DNA of 64,000 nt from Psilocybe cubensis (GCA_017499595.2 CM038999.1:1178001-1242000), one strand, 5' to 3'; positions 35,327-48,969 are shown, counted from the stretch's first letter. Numbers and translations: made by a program. The notes: a model not told the origin generated them from the letters alone.

Positions 35327-37532
35327 ATGTTCAAAGACACATTAGTGTTATTCGCATTTACTGCAGTAGTTCTCGCCCAAGTTTCGCCATACGGCCAGTG
35401 CGGTGGACAAGGCTGGACTGGTGGAACAACTTGTACTTCTGGGTAGGACACTGTTTTCAACAAATCCAATATTTTTCTCTCAACCTTTTTAGGTGGCAAT
35501 GTGTATATTCCAACCCATACTACTCACAGTGCATTCAATCCACTGCTGGTGGTTCTACAACGACGGCTTCTGCACCCAATCCTACCTTGACAGGTATCGC
35601 AGCAACGGCTCCCACCACACCGCCGTCCACTTTAACTGGAAAACTTCCCGCATTAGGGTAAGTATTCATACTTTTCTATTCATCTTCGACCTTACATGCT
35701 GACAAAAAGTTTAGGTGGAACTCCTGGAATGCATACGGCTGCAGTAAGATACTTGCTAATACAAATAAAACGACTCCGATGGCTCACGCTCTTTGTTAGA
35801 TATCAACGAAGCCAAGTTTATAGCAGCCGCCAACCAATTCGTCTCTCTCGGACTCAAGGATGCGGGGTACCAATATGTCAACATTGATGTTAGTCAAGTC
35901 GTTTCTCTCATTCACCCAGGTGGATAAGTTCTAACTGATATTCACTCGCCTCGATCAACAGGATTGCTGGGCTAACACCTCCCGCGATTCGTCCACAAAC
36001 CGCATAGTTCCGGACCCCTCCAAATTCCCCGATGGAATTAGTGGGTTGGCTTCTCAAGTCCATAACTTGGGTTTGAAGATTGGCATATACAGGTGCATTC
36101 ATAATTTGCCATACAGTGATATGTCACTGACAACCAGTTCCAGTGATGCAGGAACGAAGACGTGTGCCGGATATCCTGGCTCCTTGGGAAATGAAGTGCT
36201 CGATGCAACTACTTTCAGCGAGTGGGGAATCGATTACTTGAAATATGGTAATCTCCTGCAAATATATCCTAAAATTATCTTTTTTGACCCCTCTTAAAGA
36301 TAATTGCAATGTCCCCGGAAACTGGTCTGACAGTGCAGTCAGTACACTTATAGTCTGCTAAATCTATCAATTTGACTCACAATTTTTATCATAGACACCT
36401 CAAGGCAATGACTGGTAGTGAGTATCTTTTGCCCTCATTGGCTTTAACCTCATGCTTATATCGTGATAAATTGCAAAGCAACTCCAACTCTGCCATCCGG
36501 TATCGTCAAATGGGGTGCGTAATACATTTTTTATCATTTAAGCATTATATCTTATTGTCATTCCCTTAGCGCCGCTCTGGCAACTGTCTCCCGTCCCATA
36601 CAGTTTGAGCTGTGCATCTGGGGAGATGCTAACGTTTGGACATGGGGTTCCCGAGTCGTAAGTCGTTGATCTAATTGACTGGAAACGTGTACAAGGCTTA
36701 CCTGGCATCAGGGACACTCTTGGAGAATGTCAGGAGATGCTACGTGCGTATCTGAGACAGTAATTCTATAAAGTAAGAGATTTTGACATAAAGCTGAAGG
36801 GCAACATGGTCCTATATATCCAACATCATCAACATAAACGCTGCTCATTTGTCCTCCGTCAACTTCTTCTCACATAACGACATGGATATGATGGAAATTG
36901 GTTGGTGAATCTGATTGGCGCTTAAAGGACATTGCTTACGTATCCTTAGGAAACGGCGCATTGACAATCCAAGAACAACGTACCCACTTTGCTGCCTGGG
37001 CGTTCTTGAAGAGTCCTATTCTTTTGTGAGTCACGCCCATAATAGCACCATTGAGGATTACAGGACCTTCATTTACACATAAACTTTATATATAGGGGAA
37101 CAGACGTAAGTTTCCCGACCCTCAAAGTGTTCCGGGATCACTGACCTTTTTCTTCAGCTGAGCAAATTGAACTCGACTCAACTCACCATCATTAAAAACC
37201 CAGAGCTGCTTGCATTCCATCAAGATGCGACAATTGGCACGCCAGCAATGCCATTCACCGCCTTCTCTTCGATGCCGACGACCTCCCCTCCAGAGTACTA
37301 TTCTGGAAAGTCTTCAAAGGGTGTCCATGTGTTCATCATCAATACCTCGTCCAGCACAGCTACTAAGCAATTCACGTTCTCCAATGTCCCTGGTTTATCG
37401 GCGTCGGGGACTTACAAGGTTCATGACATGTGGGCGGGTACTGATCTCTCCGGCACACATAGTGGCTCGTCGAGCTTCTCTGTTAGTGTCGCTCCACACG
37501 ATACTGTTGCGTATCTAATCAGCAACGCGTAA
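35327..37532 (+). CDS. Secreted alpha-galactosidase GH27 with N-terminal CBM1
   Basis: Signal peptide; CBM1 [26 protein letters not shown]; Thr/Pro linker; GH27 motifs [38 protein letters not shown]. Many short introns. Confidence 0.93.
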
Positions 37533-37706
37533 ATAAGTATACACGGCACGAATTTATGTGGAAATATGTTCATATACAAGAAAATAAAATCGTAACAATG
37601 TCATAATACAAAGGAGATCGAAAAAATTGTAGAGTGAAATTGGTATCGTGGAATGGGGCGTAACTGGAGTTCATGAAAGGTCGTAACAGAGGATGAAGGG
37701 TATTTC

Positions 37707-39096
37707 TCAAACATAGGTATAGCAATTGGGTTCTGCGTGAATGTCCATAACGTCGCGGATAGTGACGCTAGGACCGAGGCTTCCCATGAGGAGAATAAAG
37801 TCAAGAGTCACCTGTTCGCTGGGATCCTCCTTAGAAGAGGGACCGGAGATCTCGTAGACTCTAGAAGGGGCAGATGATTGCCATTTCCACCAGATGCGGT
37901 CAAGATTTGCATGATGCAAATAGAAGAGAGGCTCTTTAATCCGAATTAAATGCAATTCCAAAAGAAAGAATTAGTCTGTAAAGCATACCTCCAGGACTGG
38001 AATAGAAGTTGCTCATCTCTCCACCGATGGCATCGTGACCACCGTCGTGCATCCTGTGGTCGCTGGTAACCGGTTCACCCTCGATCTCGACACGGAAGAC
38101 CTCAAAATTGGCTGAGCGCGTCACATTGGCTTCAGCGGCGGCGTTGAGGTATTTCCGCGCCGCGTCCTCGTTATCGCCACGGGTGAGGCAATGGGTGGTT
38201 ACGAGTTTTCCAGGACCTACACTAAGTGTGAGATTAGCGAAGGGGCCGTCCACCACACAACCTCGGAAGGCTTCTGGGAAAATACGATTGTCGGTGTCGT
38301 TTGCTTGGGGGAGAGTATATGTCCCGATGGCACCGTTGCCACCAAAACCATGGACGGGGTCATAGACGGGAGAGTCAGCGAATCTATATAGTTGATGTAG
38401 GTATAAGTATACTATGTGCGGGTTAAGGTACTAAATGCAATAAGATGCTCCTTACGTCTTATTAGGGCCAACATCTTGAGTCCAATCCCAGTATCTGCGG
38501 GTATTAATGTTAGGTATTTGATTTCCTACCAGTTAAGCAATTCGAGCTCTCAGAAAAAGAGTACTGACGGGAAGCTCCCATTGTATCCGCATTCGTTACG
38601 CAACGCCTTTTCGTAACTTCTGAGATAATGCCTATGCCATGGCAAAAATTGACCCTGACAGTTTAATAATTATTCTCAGTGCCCATTTGAAAAATTTCGA
38701 GTCAACATTGTACGTACCAAGTTGTGAACTTTATCGGCGATCATAATGTGATGAGCTTGAAATTCGTCAAAGCGTGTCCTCGCCTCCGGAATGGCTGGGT
38801 CTCGAGATGGATGCGCTTGCAAACACTTGACAGCTGAAATATAGTCCGCCTTTTCTGGGTTGCTAAGCGTTCTCCTAGAGATGCAGGATTGGTTGAGTAG
38901 ATATCTTTAAAATTTTCTGATGGTTTCTGTACCATTCACGCCTCTGCTGCAATCCCATGCTGCAATTGAACCGGTTTTCCTGACGATAGCCATAGTATTT
39001 CAAAGCTTGGGCTTCATTTGAAGGAGGCGGGGAAGCCGCGACGAAAGAATTGACGAAGAAAGCAAGAGCAAAGAGAATGGTTGTTGGTGAAAACAT
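37707..39096 (-). CDS. Secreted tyrosinase-like type-3 (di-copper) protein, copy 1, with intact ligand set
   Basis: Signal peptide MFSPTTILFALAFFVNSF; CuA RFDEFQAHH..VHNL|GQFLPWHR; CuB MHDGGH..SPG|EPLFYLHHANLDR; ends CYTYV. Confidence 0.9.
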
Positions 39097-40062
39097 CTTG
39101 ACAAAAAATAAACGATGACTTGGCTGCAGTGGTCTCCCTCCAGAGGATCTGTGGGGCGATGGAGTCAATATGAATAACTGACTCAGGCTTTATACGTTGG
39201 TAAAAGATAGGGCGGGGGTTCTATGTCGGTCAGCCATCCGGTAGGATCTAATCGAGCCCAGGGATTCGGGAAGAATCTTGAGAGGCGTATTCCCTATTAG
39301 AATGGTGACCATTTCCGTTTGTTCGTTGCCGTCGCAATGAATGCACGAGGAGATGCTTCCGTGGCGGTAGTATCTTCTAGGATCCTTCACGGTAAACTGG
39401 TTCCAGAATCGACACTAATCTTGCTAAGTCGAACAAAATTTATTGCCAGTAACTAGGAGGCCATAATGTGTGTATTTTTGTTTGTAGTTTGTGATTGATT
39501 GTTGGAGAAAGCCTGGGAACTGTTCCATCGGCACTCGTCACCCTGTCAAAGTGTGACTCTTGCACCTAATAAGATGACCACTCCACTAATAGTCAATTTG
39601 ATCATTTGTATGGTATGTATTATATTCTTGCTGGCATTTCACAATCTTAATTTCAACCCTTGAAAGTAATCTAGGCTTCTAGCCTTGTTGGAAGACTTGA
39701 TGGGTTTAGACAAACCGCTGCAGCAGACACCCGTATCCAATTGGTATTCAACATTTGAACTTGAACCATTCGCCCGTTCCGACTCTTTGAATGTAAACCA
39801 GTAACTCGTAACAACGTCTTTTTTCCCGGCATGAGATAATCCCTGTGGAACTTGCGGTAACTGGGAAGTCGAAATTGAAATCGGAATGGAGAAGTCTTGC
39901 TATATACCAGATTCAGCTCGATCGTTTTTACCGCTGAAGGCTGACCCTAATCGCCATCAAGAGTATATATACCTTGCATTGGTTCCTGTGACATATCATC
40001 GCCAACAATTCGTTTGAGGCAGATCCTCTTTTTAATACTCGCATCTTGAACACCTCTTCAAA

Positions 40063-41333
40063 ATGCTTTCAACGACTTCGATTATTTTCGCTATAGTTCT
40101 TTTCGTTAATTCTTTCTGCACCCCCGCGTTGGCCCGCCGCTATCCATGCGATGATATACTTGTCCGGAAAGAATGGTAATATTTTCTTATTCATGATGCT
40201 ATGGTGGACGTATGTTAACACCAATTACAGGAGAAATATGTTCAACGATGAGAAAGCAGAGTACATCAAAGCGGTGCAATGCCTTCAAGATCAACCCGCT
40301 GTAGACCCGGCCTACCCTGAGGCTGAAAGTCGGTTTGATGAATTCCAGGCGCATTACATGAAGCAGGCGGATACAGTGCACAACTTGGTAATGCTTCAAT
40401 ACTTTCACTTAGACTAAAAACTGACAGTGATATATATATCTTAGGGTCAATTTTTACCATGGCACAGGCACTTCATCAGAACGTTTGAGAACGCGTTGCG
40501 CAACGAATGTGGATACAAAGGCGCCACTCCGTAAGTTATTAGCGTATCAAGAAGCAAATCACACCACTCATAAAATCCATTTGGTAGATACTGGGATTGG
40601 AGTCAAGACGCAGATTCTAATTCGTCGTAAGTGGCCTTTAGTATACTCCTGGCCTAACCCGTGCGCTAATTGTATGGTGATAGCATTTCTGCCTCGCCTA
40701 TATTTGACTCAGTCACCGGGTTTGGTGGCGATGGGAAATCAGGGACATACACTCTTCCGGCCAACGATATGAAAGATAAGGAAATAAGGCCTTCGGCTTT
40801 CAAAGGATGCGTGGACAACGGACCCTTCGCAGATTATACTCTTCATGTTGGCCCAGGAAAACTGAGGACTTCACATTGCCTTACTCGCAGCATATCTGAC
40901 GGCGCTAAAAAGTTTATGTCTTCTTCAGCTGTCTCTACCTTGAGTAAATCTTCGACCTTTGAGGTGTTCCGCACTCAACTTGAAGCTGTTTCCGACGACG
41001 GCCATGTTATGATTGGTGGCGAGATGAGCAGTCCCTATTCTAGCCCTGGAGGTGAGTATTTTTCAAAGTCATTTTCTGAGACGCTTATGTATGGCGTTGA
41101 TAGATCCTCTGTTCTACTTGCACCACGCCAACATTGACCGCATCTGGTGGAACTGGCAGCAGCTCGCCCCAGCTACTCGCTTCTTTACGGTGACGGGTCC
41201 TGCAACAAAAACACCTCCAGTCCATGAAGTTGGTGTCGACTATGTTCTTAACATGGGAAGCCTTGGATTAAGTGTTCCCATTCGAGACACTCTTGATCTT
41301 CTGAGCAAGCCTAATTGCTATACCTACCTCTAA
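40063..41333 (+). CDS. Secreted tyrosinase-like protein, copy 2, with degenerate copper sites
   Basis: Signal peptide MLSTTSIIFAIVLFVNSF; RFDEFQAHY..VHNL|GQFLPWHR; AVSDDGH..SPG|DPLFYLHHANIDR; ends CYTYL. Intron positions match copy 1. Confidence 0.88.
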
Positions 41334-41996
41334 GTGATACCCTCCCGATGTTTTTTTCTCCGAGTTTCACGACATTCACGACTTTTTGGCTACGATTTTT
41401 TATGTCAATTTACGACTCTTCATGTACGTTATATCTTACAATCACGATGTGCTCCGATATACGATTTGCATTATATTTCGAAATTCAACATTGAACATAT
41501 AATCAACTTTTGATTGACTTGAGATTTTCTTTTGGAGTCGATGGTTTCAAAATGAATATTCGAACCCTAAAATTAACGCAACCGCGTATGTTCACACTCA
41601 ACTCAAGAAGTGATGGCAGTGGGTGTCATCGGACGTAATCCTAATCGAGTAAAGGTGTCACCGCCAAGGCATGATCACCGCCCTGTCCTTGTGAGGAATC
41701 ACCAAACAAGGACAAATACTGTGCTCATCATTGTCGTTGTTGTGGCCGTCGTTTGTTCCAGCGTCAAGCCCAAAGCCACCCCCGGCAATTCGTGCCCAAA
41801 CCACATTCTGCTTGCACAGGCGTCCTGCAGCTACTTTGATAGCTCTGCTGCTGAAGACGGGTGTCAAACTCGACGGTCGTCGGCGACGTCGACGACGATT
41901 CCCGATTTCAAATCTCTCACAGCCCTCATCCTGAATACTTGACTTTGTCTTGGTGCGGAGAGTGCGCAGCGACCGTGTTTATTCGCGTGAAGCATA

Positions 41997-44447
41997 ATGA
42001 CCGTCACGCAACGGAAACCGCAACATTTACCCGACGAGATTCAAAGTGCGTACACGATCGAGAGTGGCCATATATGTCATATCCTAATTGGTTGCTTTTA
42101 CAGCCTTGAACGAGCCCGGCGTCCAGTACCAGTGCGATTCCTGTAAATGTGACTTGACCCACAACATACGCATCAAATGCGCCGATCCCATATGTACACC
42201 CGGAGAAGGTGTGGACCTCTGTCCATCGTGTTTTTGCGAGGGAAAGGAGGTGGGAAAACACCTCAGAAGTCATGCATACCGCGTCATTGTAAGTCGAGAA
42301 TATTACAGCGCGTATCGTGAGGCTGAACTATAGCGTCTTCCTTAGGAGATGAATTCATATCCTATTTTTACCGAGGATTGGGGTGCCGACGAGTAAGCCA
42401 GATTACTCTGTTCTATCGAATCGTTCAATTCAAGGATTTTGGCAGGGAGCTTTTATTACTTACTGGAATTTCAACTCATGGTATTGGTAACTGGAAGAAA
42501 ATAGCTGAACACGTGGGCACTCGGACGAAGGAGGAGGTCCATGAACATTATAGGAAGGTGTATGTTGACTCAGAACAATGGCCTCTACCGGTAAGTGTCA
42601 CAACTCTTCCTATCTTTACGCGCAGTTGACGTTTTCTCAGAGAATGGATTTGGAATTTGATATAGAACCAGAAGTCTTTCACGAACGCAAGCGACGGAGG
42701 ATCACTGCCATGAATAATCAAGAAATGCCCGTTCACACATCTCCTCCTACGTCATTACCCGCCATCCATGAAATTTCGACTTTTCTTCCCGGCCGTCTTG
42801 AATTTGAACACGAAATTGATAATGAAGCGGAAGACTTGGTGAAAGACTTGGAGTTTGGGGTTGTGACCGACTATGGCGGTGATCAGATCATCGAGGATGA
42901 AAATGATATCGATGTCCTAGCTCGCGCAAGGTTGGAAAAGGAAAAACGTCTAGGAATTTTTACAGGTTATCACAACCCGCCGGCACATGCAGGGAAGGCT
43001 CCACCTCCCGCCAACGGTATGGTTAACGGACACCATGTGAATGGTGATATCAAGAAAGTAAAAACAGAAGACATTTCGAATGGCGAAGATGAAATAGAAG
43101 AACCAGTTCAGCCTCCACCCTTCGAAACTAAAGACTCTTTAGCTTTTAAGCTAACTCTCCTTGAAATGTATTTTCAACGTATTGACAAGCGTCTGGAAAC
43201 CAAAGCCGTTATTTTTGAAAGGGGCTTATTGGAATATAAGAAGGTATTTGCTCGTTTTAACAAGTTTAGCCAGTGGTCAACTTCTTAATCTTATTTCCTT
43301 AGATGCAAGCTGTGGAAAAGAAACGGACCCGAGAAGAGCGTGAATTTCTACATCGGCTACGTCCTTTCGCGAGGTTACAAACTGCTGAAGATTATGAAGC
43401 TTTTTCTACTGATATGCTCTGTGTGTACACGTCATTCATCTAGTTCTATTGAACGCTAATCGCTGATCCTTCTAGACGAGGCTTTGCTTCGTAAACGGAT
43501 ACAAGAACTTCAAGCATATCGGCGCCTTGGATTGTCTACACCGGCGGATATCGATAAATATGAGGTCGATCTTGCAAAAAGGGTAAGTATACGTCCATTA
43601 ATGTAGCCGTTGTCTTTTTCTAACTGCAGTATTTTGTTCGTTAGACACAAACTAAAGTTGCACCTCTGCGAGATTACGCTTCAGATAGATTACAGTATCG
43701 CAACACAGGTCGTCAATCTTCGGGTCCTGATCCTCGTAGATCAAGTCTGGTATCATATGGAGAATCTGAAGACAGAAAATCTCGTGAATCGACGCCACGG
43801 TTGGGTAGTGCCCCAGGCTCTAGTGCTACTGCTGTTCGCCGTCCTCGTAAGGCTTTTTATATTTATGAGGCTTATATTTCTCATACACCTTTATAGCTGC
43901 CCCTCTCAATCTCGCTAACAGTCCATCGTTACATCTGCTTACCCCTGCCGAACAGACTCTCTGTTCCCAACTCCGCATTCAACCTAAACCTTATCTTGTT
44001 ATCAAGGAAACCCTTGTCCGGGAGTATGCTCGTAGAGGCGGCAAGCTTCGTCGACGTGAAGCTCGTGATTTGGTCAAGATTGACGTTAACAAAACAAGCC
44101 GCGTTTGGGACTTCCTTGTACAGTCTGGTTACTTGAAAATTACAAATGAACCGAGCAGCGCTGCTGCTACCGCACCTCCTATGACACCCTCTGTATCTCA
44201 GTCCCAAGACAATAAGTACGCTCAACTGGTCTTTCTCTCATAGGTGTGCTGCTAACTTCTTACTTTGCTCTATAGCCCACTCCAAACACCTTCTGCAAAC
44301 GGTTCTCCGCAAAAAGATGCTAGAGCTCCAATATCTCCTCGACCTCCCATTCCTCCTGCTATATCCTCTGCTTCGAGTAGTCAAAACGGATCGCTCTACA
44401 GCTCGTCATTGCAATCGATCCCACAATCATGGACAACAACTACTTGA
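41997..44447 (+). CDS. ADA2: Transcriptional adapter 2 (SAGA complex)
   Basis: ZZ zinc finger (CDSC..RIKC..DLCPSCF..H..HAY), SANT (WGADE|ELLLL..GIGNW), PGRLEFEHEIDNEAE, C-terminal SWIRM (KIDVNKTSRVWDFL). Confidence 0.93.
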
Positions 44448-45083
44448 ACTTGCCACATCACACTTACACTTTATCTTATAACTTGTACTTACATACTGCT
44501 GCATTTGTATATTAGGCAACACATCATATATATCATCATTGGCACCTGGCTTCAAGATTCATTCGTGAACGTAACTTTTAAGACAGGTCCTGAAAGTTGG
44601 AATGTGACCACGTGCCTGTCATCACCCGACACCTCCGAAAACTTGGACAAGACCTTCTTGTCGTATGCCATTCACTGTCTTATTTTGGGACTTCTGCACA
44701 AAATCGAAATATCGTATGGCGCACTTTCCTTCTATCACCAACTAACAAACAACACCTATGGTCTGATTTTATAGATATCTTGATACATTACTTCAATAGA
44801 GTTGAGGCGAATCTCAACCGTATGGGAGTAAGTCGGTCTACCATATGCCCTAATGCATCGACGTGGACAGCGCCTTCTTTATGACTAAAATAATTGATGA
44901 TTGAAGTAATTCCTAGCCATGACTGTCTACCGTGGAGTCCGCTTCTACAGGGTCCGGTGACATAGGCCTGACGCTTCACACCTAGAATCCATGTGCATAC
45001 CCAAGGCTCTTGCATTGCATATAAAGGCCAGGAAAACGCGCATCTAAGATACCTTGTACTAGAAGTTCGCATATCCATTCAAC

Positions 45084-45546
45084 ATGATTTTTGGATCGTT
45101 TCTCTCGCCTATTTTCTTTGTCGTTTGTAGCATTGCACTGTCTGCGAGGGCAGATACAATTGTTGCATTCACTGGTACAGACTGTACCGGCGACGTTGGA
45201 GCCAGTGTCCAGTGCGATGGTAGCTGCCACGACTTTACAACTAGACACTCCCTCCTGGTAAATCCTGAATCTATTTTATCTGACCTGCTGGAATCCTAAT
45301 GAAGATTGTTCTAGACTAGTGGGGGAGGCATTCACTGCGTGACATATTTCCAGTCATCCGGTTGTGTTGGAACTCCTGGGCAAGATTTAAATACGAACAT
45401 CATTAACCCAGGACAATGTCAACATGTTAACACGGGAGGTCCGGTGGCATCGTTCAAATGCTCTCCGACACCCACTTGTCTCGCTTGGTAAGAGTGCGCT
45501 CTCTGGAGTCTTTACAGTCTCACTAATTATGCCGATTTACCGTAGA
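45084..45546 (+). CDS. Small secreted cysteine-rich protein (~115 aa, 8 Cys in mature part)
   Basis: Signal peptide; exon 1 ..DCTGDVGASVQCDGSCHDFTTRHSLL; exon 2 TSGGGIHCVTYFQSSGC..QCQHVNTGGPVASFKCSPTPTCLA; TATAAA ~60 nt upstream. Confidence 0.8.
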
Positions 45547-46190
45547 TTGGTATAACCTCAGGTGTAAAGTGTTCATGGAACTTCCTGTACCCTATGTATT
45601 ATTTTGTTGGTTTATTTGATCGATGGATATGAGCATAAGATCTGAGCTGCCCTCGGTAAGGTGGATACATTTTGACCCTCCCTTCGCTGTATATATGATA
45701 AGAAAACAGCGTGATTTAAGGTACACGAGCGCTTAAATGATCTTTCACAGCCAGTTTAAACCATGCCCTGTTTTGGCCATTTTCCCTGGTTGTACCAAGT
45801 TTTTATCAATCACTAAAAGTGTTTTTACTACTTCTTAGTTAACCACTACAATGCCATTTTATTGTCATTCTTAATACATTCTTCGAGATTGAAGAACATT
45901 TTTGTTGGAGCGCGTTTCATGGTTTGGTTAAATGCGAAATACTAAAGATGGGAGTACTGTCGACCGATAATAGTTTGCTCATGGTTTCGTTGTAGTTTCG
46001 TGAGAAATGGTCTTCGTTAGAAAACGATGTTACTGACAACATGTACTACCATATAAGCAACAACTGAGATAAAGCTTACGAATATATTTATGGAACACTC
46101 AATGATGTGGATGATGCATAAATATTGCCGAACTCCCCTATCTCACACCAACCACTACATCCTCCTTGAACTTACTCCAGATTCATCGTT

Positions 46191-46868
46191 ATGCGCTTCC
46201 TAATTCTTGGTGCTACAGGCCCAAGCGGGGTTCTTCTCATTCGCAAAACTCTCGAAGTATACCCAGATTCCACAATCATCGTCTTCGCCCGTTCTCCCAA
46301 CAAGATACCAGAGGACCTGCGGAACAATGGCTCCCTCACAATTGTCAAAGGCACATTCGACGACCTGGACGAGCTAGAATCGGCAGTGCAGCTCGGAATC
46401 GACGTCGTGCTCTCTGCGCTTGGACCAGTCGTGTCACCGTCGGCGCTCACAACCCATTCACCCACCACACCGATCGCGACATTCTATGGGCATCTCATTG
46501 ACTTGCTGTATAAATATAACGTCAAGCGCTTCATTTCCCTGTCCACTGCGTCCGTCACCGACCCCCATGATAAGCCCAGCTTGAAGTACGCGGCCATTGT
46601 TAGGGGGGTGAAGACGGTGGCGTATCCGGCGTACGCTGATATCGTGGCTATGGGAGAGGTCATTCGGAGTAAAGGGCAGGACTTAGATTATACGCTTGTC
46701 CGTGTTCCTTTCTTGACAAATGGCGATACCGAGGGTGTCTATGCTGGGTATATAGGAGACGGGAAGATTGGGGTTACCTTATCCAGGAAGGGGTTTGCAG
46801 CTTTCAGTGTAGGCGAAGTAGCGAACCGAAAATGGGTCAAGGCGGCACCTATGATTTCTAACGCTTAA
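46191..46868 (+). CDS. NAD(P)-binding Rossmann-fold oxidoreductase (flavin reductase/BLVRB-like atypical SDR), intronless
   Basis: ILGATGPSG, ARSPNK, DVVLSALG, DYTLVRVPFL, SRKGFAAF..W..AAP; single 225-aa ORF. Confidence 0.85.
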   Translation: MRFLILGATGPSGVLLIRKTLEVYPDSTIIVFARSPNKIPEDLRNNGSLTIVKGTFDDLDELESAVQLGIDVVLSALGPVVSPSALTTHSPTTPIATFYGHLIDLLYKYNVKRFISLSTASVTDPHDKPSLKYAAIVRGVKTVAYPAYADIVAMGEVIRSKGQDLDYTLVRVPFLTNGDTEGVYAGYIGDGKIGVTLSRKGFAAFSVGEVANRKWVKAAPMISNA

Positions 46869-47089
46869 ATGACTACTTTGCCCTGAGGGTACGTTGACTT
46901 CGTTTCTAAAGAAAATAGCACGGACCATGCCCATTCTTACCTTCGCGCTATATTGGACACACTCACAAAGGACAACCTTAGTATATATGTTCTCTTGGAA
47001 ATCCTATACAGAATATTCAATAATTTATGGACTCCATTACTGGTAGAAAATTTGAGCACTGCAGATCTTTCCATGATATGAGGACCTCG

Positions 47090-48969
47090 TTAACCTTTAG
47101 TCTCATCAGCTTTTGATTTGAATCCCTGAAAGTATTTTTCACGGAAATCCTTGTGGGCAGGGATATGGGTCTCTTCATTGGCTTCGCGTAGCATAGGATC
47201 AAAAGTTGGCGGCGGGTATCGTTCTTTAGTAACCTTCCTGATAGTCACCAGCTGCAATAAAGGCGTAGTAAATATACAGCATCTCGGAAATCAACTTCAA
47301 TTCTTACTCTTCGGCCCCATGACCCGAAATCTTGAAGCGAGTTGGCGACCAACTCCATCCCTTCGCACATCATGGTATGAATGTCCACTTCTTCGTACTC
47401 GTCGGTGACTGTTGGAAGGAAAAAGACCAGACGTCCTCCTGGCTTGAGTAGATATCTTGCCAGTAACACTAGGTCAGTCGCGAGATGCGAGAGCTCATAT
47501 GGTTTCGTTGGAGGGATGTATGGCTGATCGTCACTACATAATCAGTTATCAGTAGAAATACCTTGAATTGTAGAAAGAATCGATGCTAACGGGCGAGGAG
47601 CCAAGCTGTGTTGCAGACAAAGTTCCTTTTGACGCTCGGATAATTCCCGTTTACGTCCTAGGCGCTTCGCTCCTGCACGGACACCATCTGGATGCCAGCG
47701 TTAAGTACGGTGATAATGTCCAAAAAGACTAGAGATATTTACATGGCGGGTCAGTCACAATAGAGTCGAATAATTCTCCACATCGCCAAGGATTGTGGGT
47801 TACATCAAACGTGGCAAGGTCGACTATTCGAGAGGCGATTCCGTATTGCGTAGCTGCTCGAATAACCCCAGGGGTCTTTTCTACAGGATGAGATAGTGAC
47901 GTGAGGAGTGCTTCGATACAGACAAAACAGAGATTTCGACGTACGTTTGCCTCTCATTTGTCGACCATCTATATCCGATCCGAAGACCAATGCTCCAAAG
48001 TATCCAGTTGGCTAAAATTTGAGTCAGATTGGGGACGTATTTCGAGCGAAAATGTACGCACATACGCCATGCTACCTGTCCCCATGAATGGATCATAAAT
48101 AAGTTTTCCAGGGGATGCCTGGCCATGAATTCAACAATGTGCAGGCAAGGAGCAGGAAGGGGCTCACAAGAGTTTGGTTAGCCATCAGCAATGAAATTTC
48201 GGCCTCCATGCTGGTGTTTCCGTAGTATGATCGTTTTTTGACATCAAATTTTCCAACGAGTTGTCTTGCAGATCCTTCCTCTATCTGTTTGTAGTACGTC
48301 AGAAATGGCTGAATACATTTCATAGTACAAGACATACCAACCTGCCGAAAAAAACTTGACGAAACTCTCCATCCCCTTCGTGTTTTACGCGTGTTGTACC
48401 ATGGCGTTCTTCATCTATAAGTTAAAGATGAAACTAATAGTCAAACCGTAACGAGTAACAAACATACATTCTTCGAAACATGTCAGGATGATTTCAGGAC
48501 TTTTCATGTCGATTTTCCCTAGGAAGCCCATATAGGCAAAGTTTTCGATGACCTCTCGTTGCCTTGATTGCGGGATTTTGTGCTTTGAAGAGGTCACCAA
48601 AAACCTGAAAGAGGTGTCTTGGACGTATCGAGCCCATAATGATTCATTTTTGCGATTAACTTCGTGGAGTTCGTCATAGGTTGACCCATGTCCATAATAT
48701 TCATACACAGCCCTGTATGGCACTCAGTGGTTAAAATGGAAGACTATATTATCAACAACCCACTTTATTAAAATGCAGCGTCTAGCAAGCATGCGAGCAT
48801 GTTCCTCTTCATCAAGTTCCACGATCATAAACGGTCTTGTCGAATCGCGATCTTCAGGATTTTGGGGAAGTGTGTATGGTATTCCATATAATTCTGCAAT
48901 AGATTGGAGTTCTGGGAGCCTAAACTCATTATGCACCTGGGCATAGTGAAACAAGTATCGCGAAGGCAT
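47090..48969 (-). CDS. TRM11: tRNA (guanine-10-N2) methyltransferase
   Basis: AQVHNEFRLPEL, KRSYYGNTSMEAE, YDPFMGTGS, GSDIDGRQMRG, TDPP|YGVRAG, FREKYFQGF. Confidence 0.93.

Noticed and set aside
3765-41333. Phosphatase, copper radical oxidase and tyrosinases as a wound-activated cluster
   Set aside because: Spread over more than 35 kb with unrelated genes between them and no shared motif seen.
37707-46868. Possible RiPP or secondary-metabolite cluster (tyrosinases, small secreted protein, reductase)
   Set aside because: No Kex2-repeat or MSDIN-like precursor, DUF3328, PKS/NRPS/terpene synthase or transporter is visible, and ADA2 interrupts the group.
46191-46868. Intronless reductase as a horizontal transfer or retrocopy
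   Set aside because: Short intronless genes are common; no poly-A tail, target-site duplication or compositional anomaly.
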